Virus record (IMG/VR): IMGVR_UViG_3300035180_001778
Coordinates: 62,001-126,000 of that record
Length of the DNA: 64,000 nt
Strand: one strand, 5' to 3'
Position numbers and translations under genes: made by a program
The notes under the pieces: generated by a model
The model's input: the letters and a program-made list of their open reading frames with translations, nothing else
Told to the model about the DNA's origin: nothing
Database searches by the model: none
Shown here: positions 17,945 through 25,318 of the stretch, one piece after another
Position numbering within the stretch: position 1 is the stretch's first letter
How the letters are laid out: each line of letters starts with the position of its first letter

Positions 17945-18498
17945 AGGTCGTCTCCAAGTTTGTCCCACAGGGTAGGACGTGCGTTTATGACTTCTACAGT
18001 ATCTCCAATCCTCACAACCCCCTTGAGGTTGAACAGGAGAAGGTTTCTGGCGGCTGGCGTGTCTTGCACGTTATCAGACATGATGTACCTCCCGAGAGTT
18101 TCGGGGGTAGCCACAGCCAATTCACAGCCCTTGTAGGCTATGCGACTCCCCTGGTAGTCGAGGTCCTGCGATTCAAACCAGGTTGCAAGAGTGTCTTCAG
18201 GGACCCGAGCATTCGACAATGCCGCTCTCCACAGCATCTCAATCGCGCGATCCTCAAGTATCCTATCAAAGATCGCGACGGGCTCGCACAAGACACGACG
18301 AGCCCTGTCCTTGACTTCCCCTTCCATGATGAGAGGGTATCCGTGAGCCGGAGACTCCCCCAGCCGATAGTACAACCCTGGGTCCAAGTCGAAGTACGCA
18401 GGGACCCCCATGGGGAGAAGTTCAGGAAGGAAGCAGTCGAGAGCCTGCATCGCCCAGAGACCTACACCGCGAATTTGAGATTCAAGTTTACGGGCCAC
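17941..18498 (-). CDS. Hypothetical protein with tail RPTLWDKLGDDL (185 aa)
   Basis: ORF with ATGA overlap to the downstream gene. Confidence 0.65.
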   Translation of the reverse strand: MARKLESQIRGVGLWAMQALDCFLPELLPMGVPAYFDLDPGLYYRLGESPAHGYPLIMEGEVKDRARRVLCEPVAIFDRILEDRAIEMLWRAALSNARVPEDTLATWFESQDLDYQGSRIAYKGCELAVATPETLGRYIMSDNVQDTPAARNLLLFNLKGVVRIGDTVEVINARPTLWDKLGDDL

Positions 18499-18803
18499 CC
18501 ATTATCTCGGAGAAGATTGTCGACCGCCTCTTTTGCGGATTCGATGGACGTGTATTTTTTGGGAGAGACCGCAGAGGAGTCCAGTTGACGGGACAAATTA
18601 CCATTGTACCCGTCAGTCACATACCAGTATCGGGGTTTCCCTTCCTCCCCGCACTCCTTGACACGAACGAGGTCTTCCCGCATGAGATGGACACCATCTT
18701 CCCCCAACTCGAATAGCTGTCTACGATGGTAGTTGTGGTGAGGGCGGTATTCCCACCCTCCAACCATAAGGGCCGGGTACCTATCTCGCTGTAGTCGTTG
18801 CAT
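18462..18803 (-). CDS. Hypothetical protein (113 aa)
   Basis: ORF directly after the HNH stop. Confidence 0.55.
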   Translation of the reverse strand: MQRLQRDRYPALMVGGWEYRPHHNYHRRQLFELGEDGVHLMREDLVRVKECGEEGKPRYWYVTDGYNGNLSRQLDSSAVSPKKYTSIESAKEAVDNLLRDNGWPVNLNLKFAV

Positions 18804-18804
18804 C

Positions 18805-19665
18805 TCAAGTACTCCTGTAGTTCTTTTGGTAGTTGCCCGCGTAAGAGGGCGTCTTCTTGTGACACGAAATGCAGAGCGTTCGACCGTTGGTCAAGTCCCA
18901 GAGGGCGGGACAGTTGAACGCATCTTCGAGGGTCTTGATACGATGCTCGTCGAGGAGTCCCGCAAGAGGTTTAATGTGGTCCGCCTGTAGTTGACCCCCA
19001 ACTTGACCACATCCCTGGCAAGTATAGGCGTCCCTCTTGAAGACATCCTTTCGCCATCGGATAGCCGGTTCGGAGTTCCGAATCAGAGCTGAGAGGCGAG
19101 TTTTCCCGCCCTTCCAGTTGGACCCCTTCTCCCCTAGAAAACGACCTCGGTTGGCTTGAGCTATTTTCTGCTTGATCTCGGAGCTATGCTCACGCCCAAA
19201 GAAGGGATTCTTCTCCCCCACTCGTTGGGAGGCGCTCTCCGAGAGAGCTTGGCGAACCTCCAGTCGTTGCATTGCAGCTTTTTGAGCTGCCACAAAGTCT
19301 GGTGTGTGTCGTATAGAATTCAGCCTTGTGTGTGCGGCTTCCTTCACCTCTTCTGTATGCGTTCTCCCATACATGGGATTTCGGATCCCCGAAGTTGAGG
19401 CACTTCGGCGGGCCTTTACCTCGGGATCCTTATTTGTGACTTGAAGGGTCTCTGAGGTTTTCCGCCGGGTCGCGTCTGACTTCGTCTTCCCGTGCATGGG
19501 GTTTTTGTCCCCAGAGAGCGCCTCGGATTTCGTTCGCCTTGGAATTCCGTAGCGCGCCATGTGGTAGCGGATCGTGCTTGCGGACTCACCACAAAGAGAA
19601 GCGATCTGCCGAAGGGACAGCAGATCGCCAAGGTACTTCTGTCGGAGGAACTCTTCAGTTACCAC
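18805..19665 (-). mobile_element. Free-standing HNH endonuclease with NUMOD3-like repeats and N-terminal HTH
   Basis: Repeated NP(M/F)(H/Y/F)G(K/R)..S/T motifs; RDAYTCQGCG..ADHIKP..NGRTLCISCH. Confidence 0.85.
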
Positions 19666-19689
19666 GTCCAGGGCGTAGCACAGTGAACA

Positions 19690-20817
19690 TCAGACTGCAA
19701 CTTTGAAGTTGATGGCCGGGTGCGGATTGTATCCTTCCAAGCGGAAGAGACCCATGATTTCCTCTGTAGTGACCGAGGGATCCATCAGGCGTTCGATATC
19801 GCTGAGATCCTTGATGCTGTCATCGATGATGAGACGAGGAAGAGGACGAGGCTCTCTGGTAAGTTGCTCGCGAGCCCCAGGGGTGTGGTCGTATTCGGCC
19901 ATAGACCCATCGGGCTTGGCACAGTAGATGTGCATGTCGACCACGGAATGCCCAAAAATCCCAGGCTTGATCCCCGTAAACCTGCTGAAAAGCTCGATGA
20001 GAAGAGCGTAGCTGGCAAGGTTGTACGGTGCGCCAAGCATTACATCCAGCGATCTTTGGGTCAAATGAAGACAGAGGCGACGCGGGTCGTCCCCCACAGG
20101 AGGATTCTTGAAGACATCCCCCCCACGCGCTCCGTTGAGAATGACCTGGCAGTCAGGGCACCACGCCTCCCTGTACTTCATCCCTTCCCCGTGCGGAAGA
20201 ACCCGTCGGCCGTCCTTGTAGTTGCCGCACACGGGGTCCTCTCCCCTGTTGTGCCCGTAATGCACGTACCTCGGCGTCGGGTCCTCGTTCTGCACGTTGA
20301 ACACGTAGAGGCAGTGGCAGGGCGGGAGCTTGCTCGTCTGAGCGTTCTGGGGAGCCCAAGCCGAGACGACCATCCGCCGGCTCATGGGGTTCTTGCGCAT
20401 CTCGGCGAGCACCCAGGCGATCTGGTCGTTGAAGGTTGCCCAGACGCCCTGGGGGAGCTGAAAGCCGCCAGGGGTGTTTTCGAACATCGTCTGATTGTAT
20501 GTGTGAACCGGGAAGTTGCGCCAGAAGTTCCCATAGGCGCTCGGGACCTTGCCCGTGACGGGGTCGGCCCATGCGTCCCAGAACTTGCACCCGTGGCGCT
20601 TGAGGATCGCGATGTCCGTCTGGCCCGATAGGAACCACAACATTTCAACAACGATATGAACCCAGTTGACCTTTTTCGTCGTGAGAAGGGGGAAGCCCTC
20701 ACTCAAGTCGACCTCGTAGTAATACCCAAATGTGCTCAACGTATCCACACCAGTACGGTTTTCCTTCCTGGTCCCGTTGCTGAGCACATGGTTCACCGCG
20801 TCGAGGTATTGCTTCAC
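19690..20817 (-). CDS. thyA: Thymidylate synthase with a 70-aa insertion
   Basis: NRTGVDT, FPLLTTKK, EMLWFLSG, LPPCH, QRSLD..LGAPYN, DMHIY; GTG at 20817 with GTGA overlap. Confidence 0.95.
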   Translation of the reverse strand: MKQYLDAVNHVLSNGTRKENRTGVDTLSTFGYYYEVDLSEGFPLLTTKKVNWVHIVVEMLWFLSGQTDIAILKRHGCKFWDAWADPVTGKVPSAYGNFWRNFPVHTYNQTMFENTPGGFQLPQGVWATFNDQIAWVLAEMRKNPMSRRMVVSAWAPQNAQTSKLPPCHCLYVFNVQNEDPTPRYVHYGHNRGEDPVCGNYKDGRRVLPHGEGMKYREAWCPDCQVILNGARGGDVFKNPPVGDDPRRLCLHLTQRSLDVMLGAPYNLASYALLIELFSRFTGIKPGIFGHSVVDMHIYCAKPDGSMAEYDHTPGAREQLTREPRPLPRLIIDDSIKDLSDIERLMDPSVTTEEIMGLFRLEGYNPHPAINFKVAV

Positions 20818-20984
20818 GATTCCATTCTTTCGCGTTCGTGAGGGCACATTCCGTAGAATCCGCGTGCCATGTTGCAGTTGTGGCAGAGAACCCGGAATCC
20901 TCCCGGGAGCCCTTGCCAGTAATTGAAAGAAGATCCACTTCGGACCTTGTCTTTCTTCCTTTGCTGGTTCCGGCGTCTTCTCAT
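20814..20984 (-). pseudogene. C-terminal remnant of a small HNH-type endonuclease (56 aa)
   Basis: MRRRR..GLPGGFRVLCHNCNMARGFYGMCPH; lacks the N-terminal Cys and DH half; below the 60-aa cut-off of the ORF track. Confidence 0.55.
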
Positions 20985-21008
20985 CCGGTGCGTCTACACC
21001 GGATGAGA
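20979..21008. repeat. 12-bp perfect inverted repeat enclosing a GGTGTA promoter motif
   Basis: TCTCATCCGGTG-cgtcta-CACCGGATGAGA. Confidence 0.8.
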
Positions 21009-21009
21009 C

Positions 21010-21234
21010 TCAGTATTCTCCGGGAGGAAGCTGAACGAGTGGTTCAGGCTCGGACAGGTTGTTGACCTGGCGAACCTCAACCCGAGCTTCCCTGAGACAG
21101 GCAAGGAACCCATCCAGGTCTTCCAGTTGAGCGTTGAAGGCGTTCATGCCAGGTTCGAGGAGCAAGAGGTGCTCCGGAAGCGGCACCTCTTCCACAGCCC
21201 AGACAACGAACGAGTAAAAGCCGCCGGTATTCAT
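21010..21234 (-). CDS. Hypothetical protein (74 aa)
   Basis: ATG 21234 with ATGA overlap. Confidence 0.65.
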   Translation of the reverse strand: MNTGGFYSFVVWAVEEVPLPEHLLLLEPGMNAFNAQLEDLDGFLACLREARVEVRQVNNLSEPEPLVQLPPGEY

Positions 21235-22415
21235 CGGACGATCTGAACCTCGACGGGAAGGTCTGTCAACATCATGCCCTTGACGTGACGCCAATCGACC
21301 CAGAGTGTGTACTCGAAGGTAGCCACCACATCCCAGCGATCGTGAACCTCGCGAGCCTCGATTGTGAACGAGTCCGGGTGGATGACGATGACCCCCGCGG
21401 GTCCCTCGATCTCAGTCAGATTCCCCCCCTCAACAGGCATGATAAACGCCCGTTGTTGAAGGGGCCCGAATTGACTTCGGATAACGTCTTTTTGATGGGG
21501 ACTCGCCAACCAAAAAGAGTCCTCCGAATATCCTTCCAGGGGGATCGCAAAGACAGGGTCCAAGTATGATATCTTCTTGGAGTTTCTTCCTTGTGCAACC
21601 ACCGAAAGCGTTCGAGCGATCTCTGCCACCCACTGAGCGGCGATTCGAGCCGTGATGGCCGTCGTCTGATGGAAGTTGAGGTTGATGGTTGTCGGATCGG
21701 CGATGTTGGATCGTCCCGACGCAACCCCGATGCTCCGAACCAGGGGTGTGAGCTTGGATTCTTCCGGATCTGTGTCCCGCAGCTCGAAGCGAGCCAAGAA
21801 CGCTCCCATGTTCCCCCGGACGCGGTTGGGAATCAAGGACGGGAGCTGCTCCCGGATATCTTCGACGATCGTCTTCCTCCCCCGTTTCGTGATGGGAAGG
21901 AAGCGCGGGTCGTCTTCGACGTGGGTCCCCTTGGCCGCAAGACGTCGATAGGTGTCTCGCAGGACGTTCGTCTCCCGAGCTTCATCGAAGACCCATTGGA
22001 CCAGGAAGCCTTCGAGAGCGGGCCGAAGACGACGGAGCGGGGTAGACATCCCCCCGCTCTCACGAGGCACGTCAGGAGGCTGCCAGATGTCCTCCTCCGT
22101 GACCTTGTAGATGGCACGCCCCGTCGTTGACGAGATGATGAGCATCCCGTCGCCGAGCTGGAGGTACTCATCGGCGAGGTAGGCCGCAGCCGCCTGGATC
22201 TCTGCGTTGTTGCCTTCGACATGGTCGAAGAGCACCTCAGCAAGGTCCGAGGCAAACCGAGATGAGTCTTGCTTCTCGTCTCGGGCTCTGCGGAAGAGCT
22301 GTTGAAGGGCAGGGTTGCGTTGGATCTCTTGCCGAGCGGCGAGAAGATCCCCCGAGGCCGGACAAGCGAGTGTCCGGACCTCGGGGATCAGCGGGACCAA
22401 AGAAGAGCTGGGCAT
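21231..22415 (-). CDS. Hypothetical protein (394 aa)
   Basis: Long ORF starting 1 nt after the AAA stop. Confidence 0.8.
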   Translation of the reverse strand: MPSSSLVPLIPEVRTLACPASGDLLAARQEIQRNPALQQLFRRARDEKQDSSRFASDLAEVLFDHVEGNNAEIQAAAAYLADEYLQLGDGMLIISSTTGRAIYKVTEEDIWQPPDVPRESGGMSTPLRRLRPALEGFLVQWVFDEARETNVLRDTYRRLAAKGTHVEDDPRFLPITKRGRKTIVEDIREQLPSLIPNRVRGNMGAFLARFELRDTDPEESKLTPLVRSIGVASGRSNIADPTTINLNFHQTTAITARIAAQWVAEIARTLSVVAQGRNSKKISYLDPVFAIPLEGYSEDSFWLASPHQKDVIRSQFGPLQQRAFIMPVEGGNLTEIEGPAGVIVIHPDSFTIEAREVHDRWDVVATFEYTLWVDWRHVKGMMLTDLPVEVQIVR

Positions 22416-22416
22416 G

Positions 22417-23991
22417 TCACTCGACGAGCTTGAAGCTGCTTCCCTTGCTCGGGGCCGAAGCCAGGCGAGCCTTGATCCCTTCGTTGGCTTCCGTGTCGAA
22501 GCCAACCCACTCGACCAGCTCGCGGATCTCGTCGACCATCGTCTTGAGGATCCGGGGCTTCTTCACCGCGATGTCCAGAAGGATGGTCTCGTCGAGCTTC
22601 TTGCTTCGAGCCTTGAAGCTCTTCCGCATACCCGCGCCGACCGCCTGCTCGATCTCACGACCGACCATGCCCTTGCAAGCATCGGACAGAGCGGCGAGCT
22701 GGTAGTCACTCGGGTTCTGCCCCGCCTTGCGGAGGTGGATCCGGAGGATCTCGATCCGCTCTTCCTCGCTCGGGATGTCGAAGAAGAACCGCTCGTCCAT
22801 ACGGTTGACGAACTCGATGGGGAGCGTCTTCAACGAGTTCGCCGTGAGGGCGAGGCAGATCGGAGACGTGGTCTCCTGGAGCCAGGTCGAGAGGATACCG
22901 ATCGTGCGGCTCGTCGTTCCTGCATCGGAGGCCGCCGAAGATGCCCCGCCGCCGAGGCTCTTCTCGGCCTCATCGATCCACACCACACAGGGAGCGATGG
23001 ACTCGATGTGCCGGATGGCCTTGTAGACGTTGGCTTCGGACTGGCCGACGTTGGCCGACCGGAGCTTGCCCATTTCGAGCTGGACGACCGGCATGCCCCA
23101 CTCACGAGCCATCGCCTTCGAGGCGAGCGACTTGCCACAGCCCCAGACGCCCACGAGGAGGACACCCTTCGGGGGCTTGAGCCCGAAGGCCCGCCCTTCC
23201 TCCGACCAGGAGTCCTTCGTTTCGATCGCCCACTCCTTGAAGCGATGGTTGCCGCCGAGCTGATCGAAGGACACGTTGTCGACGTCGAGAAGCTGGAGAA
23301 GGTCCGTCTTCTTGAGATGGTTCCGGCGATACTTCGTGATGTGCGCCGGGTCGATCCGCTTCGGAGCGGACTCGTCCTTCTTGGTGGCCACGATCGACTT
23401 GGCCACGGCCATATCGATCTGGTAGCTGTTCATCCCAGCGAAGAGCTGCGCACAGTTGGGCGGGGGCTCGACTCCGGGGAGGTGCTTGCAGGCCGCCTCG
23501 ACCGTCGACATGATCTCTTCCGACGTCAGCCCGGTGTCCTGGATGACCTCGACGTAGGGTTCGAGGCAGGCCGGGATCTGCTTGCGGGTCCCGACGAAGA
23601 TCAGGATCTTGAGGGTGCGGATGTCCTGGTGGACCTGGTGAATGATGTTCATGAACCGGCGGTTCACATGAGCATCGTTGAGCCAACGCTCCGGGTCCGT
23701 GAAGACGTAGAAGTTGCGCTCGTCCTTGGGGTCATCCTTGTAGATGTGCTCCAAAGCACTGTGAATGTCCGCCTGCTCCCGATTGACCGCGTGCTGCTTC
23801 GAGGTCCAATCCGTGATCAGGTTCTTGAGCGTCACCAACCCGAGGGTTGCGTTGAACACCCAGCACCGATCGGCGTGCTTCTTGAGGGTGTCCCGCAGCT
23901 TCACGAGGAACCGATCTTCCTCGTCGGTGACGTAGTAAATCACGCGGCTCAGGCTGCGAAGGTGGAAGACGAGTTCTTCGTGGGATGACAT
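22417..23991 (-). CDS. Ycf46-like AAA+ ATPase (degenerate N-terminal plus active C-terminal ATPase domain)
   Basis: YYVTDEEDR N-terminus, PKGVLLVGVWGCGKS, VVWIDEAEK, LTAN, RMDERFFFDIP. Confidence 0.85.
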   Translation of the reverse strand: MSSHEELVFHLRSLSRVIYYVTDEEDRFLVKLRDTLKKHADRCWVFNATLGLVTLKNLITDWTSKQHAVNREQADIHSALEHIYKDDPKDERNFYVFTDPERWLNDAHVNRRFMNIIHQVHQDIRTLKILIFVGTRKQIPACLEPYVEVIQDTGLTSEEIMSTVEAACKHLPGVEPPPNCAQLFAGMNSYQIDMAVAKSIVATKKDESAPKRIDPAHITKYRRNHLKKTDLLQLLDVDNVSFDQLGGNHRFKEWAIETKDSWSEEGRAFGLKPPKGVLLVGVWGCGKSLASKAMAREWGMPVVQLEMGKLRSANVGQSEANVYKAIRHIESIAPCVVWIDEAEKSLGGGASSAASDAGTTSRTIGILSTWLQETTSPICLALTANSLKTLPIEFVNRMDERFFFDIPSEEERIEILRIHLRKAGQNPSDYQLAALSDACKGMVGREIEQAVGAGMRKSFKARSKKLDETILLDIAVKKPRILKTMVDEIRELVEWVGFDTEANEGIKARLASAPSKGSSFKLVE

Positions 23992-24001
23992 AGGGACTCT
24001 T

Positions 24002-24007
24002 TACACC
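24002..24007 (-). promoter_or_regulatory. GGTGTA element 10 nt upstream of AAA ATG
   Basis: TACACC at 24002-24007, ATG at 23991. Confidence 0.6.
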
Positions 24008-24045
24008 GTTGGGGCCTAAACCCCATCTTGATTGAACTTCTACCC

Positions 24046-24096
24046 CTGAAATGCGAGTGCCCTTCCTCTTGTGAAGGAAGGGCACTCGCATTTCAG
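24046..24096. repeat. 22-bp perfect intergenic inverted repeat, 7-nt loop
   Basis: CTGAAATGCGAGTGCCCTTCCT-cttgtga-AGGAAGGGCACTCGCATTTCAG. Confidence 0.9.
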
Positions 24097-24133
24097 TTAC
24101 CGGGGACTCACCCGGCCGCCGAAGGGAACCGGA

Positions 24134-24457
24134 TCAGGCGCTCGCGCACATCAGGGTGATGGTGCCGTCCTTCTCGACGGTGCGGCTCTCGATCGTGATG
24201 CCCTGCTTCAGGCACTCGAAGCGGTAGGACACCTCTCCATAGGCCTGCTTGATGGCACCCAGCGTCGAGGCGCTGTGGCGATCGGTGTCGCCCGTGATCG
24301 TCCCCGTGGTGAGGTCGAGCGAGGCCGTGTTGAGGGGCCCGCTCGTGAAGCGGATGGTGTTGCCGGTCTCCTGGAAGGTGACGCCCTGCTGCTTGCAGGC
24401 CTCCTTCACGTTGGCGGCATTCTTCATCTCGGTTTGGGTCGTGACGCGGTGGGACAT
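24134..24457 (-). CDS. DUF1257 (Ycf35-like) protein
   Basis: MSHRVTTQTEMKN..V..AC..QG..; KQAY..; GITIE..DGTITL; sits upstream of the Ycf46-like AAA. Confidence 0.7.
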   Translation of the reverse strand: MSHRVTTQTEMKNAANVKEACKQQGVTFQETGNTIRFTSGPLNTASLDLTTGTITGDTDRHSASTLGAIKQAYGEVSYRFECLKQGITIESRTVEKDGTITLMCASA

Positions 24458-24496
24458 GTTCTGGGATTCCTCTCGAAAGGGTACTTCTGGTGAGGC

Positions 24497-24679
24497 TTAC
24501 AGCGAAGAGTCGCTGTTGACCTCGGTCTGCGGATCGCACTCGGGGCCGATCTCGTCGTCGCTGAGCTGCTTGCCGATGGCGTTGGTCACCTTGTAGATTT
24601 CGCTGCAAAGGTGGTTCTCGCGGGCGAGAACTTCGGTGACGACCTTGCCGTCGGTCTTGATGGAGGCCTTGAATTTCAT
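24497..24679 (-). CDS. DUF2997-like small protein (60 aa)
   Basis: MKFKASIKTDGKVVTEV..C..T.AIG; adjacent to DUF1257. Confidence 0.65.
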   Translation of the reverse strand: MKFKASIKTDGKVVTEVLARENHLCSEIYKVTNAIGKQLSDDEIGPECDPQTEVNSDSSL

Positions 24680-24732
24680 GTCTTGTCTCTCCGGTAGCTC
24701 CGGTAGCTTCGGTGGTGTGGGGGACAGCCTAT

Positions 24733-25278
24733 CTATACACCAGAACCGCGGAGCTTGACCGTGCCTCCAGGTGAAATAGTCGGATCCGTTGTGGGAGGAA
24801 GAGAAGAAGCGGCCCACGGATCTCTTGAAGGAGTGACGGGGGCCCCTACCATTTTTCCCGATTGATCCGGGGCATTTGCCAGGGACAACCGGCGCGGGAG
24901 GACCAGCTTGGAGCTGGGAACGGGCGGAACCGAAATGATGGAAGCCGGGGAAACGGGAGCCGTCTCCAGCTTTTCAGCTTCCGCCAGGGGGTCGATCCAC
25001 CCCGAAGAGCGAATCTCAGGGGTGCGCCCGACATACAGGGTCAGGAATCGTTGACCCTGGATCTTCATGTAGCGGGGATCTTGGGGATCCATCTGCGGGG
25101 GGTTGTTGAACAATCGATCCTCCCAGCTCTGGATTCGACGCTCGAATTTAACCCCACTCAAAAGGCTACGAGAACACTCCGAAGTCATGCAACGGGAGCA
25201 GCACTCGGCCGTGAACTGGTCGAGCGACGCCCCGTCCACGTTGCATTCCCCGTACAAATCTCGACGTTCCGAAGCCAT
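24733..25278 (-). CDS. Hypothetical protein, Cys-rich N-terminus (CCSRC..C) and Pro-rich tail
   Basis: 181-aa ORF between polA and DUF2997. Confidence 0.75.
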   Translation of the reverse strand: MASERRDLYGECNVDGASLDQFTAECCSRCMTSECSRSLLSGVKFERRIQSWEDRLFNNPPQMDPQDPRYMKIQGQRFLTLYVGRTPEIRSSGWIDPLAEAEKLETAPVSPASIISVPPVPSSKLVLPRRLSLANAPDQSGKMVGAPVTPSRDPWAASSLPPTTDPTISPGGTVKLRGSGV

Positions 25279-25318
25279 GAGTGAGGATAATACCCGAACG
25301 TTTCAGTATATGCCAGGA

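Noticed and set aside
20077-20286. Intein or group I intron in thyA
   Set aside because: The insert is only 70 aa, in frame, does not start with Cys/Ser and does not end in His-Asn; the HNH gene lies outside thyA.
22315-23988. Long plus-strand ORFs (e.g. 22315-23988, 26042-27283, 55788-57251, 6269-7330)
   Set aside because: They are antisense shadows of GC3-rich minus-strand genes and carry no motifs.
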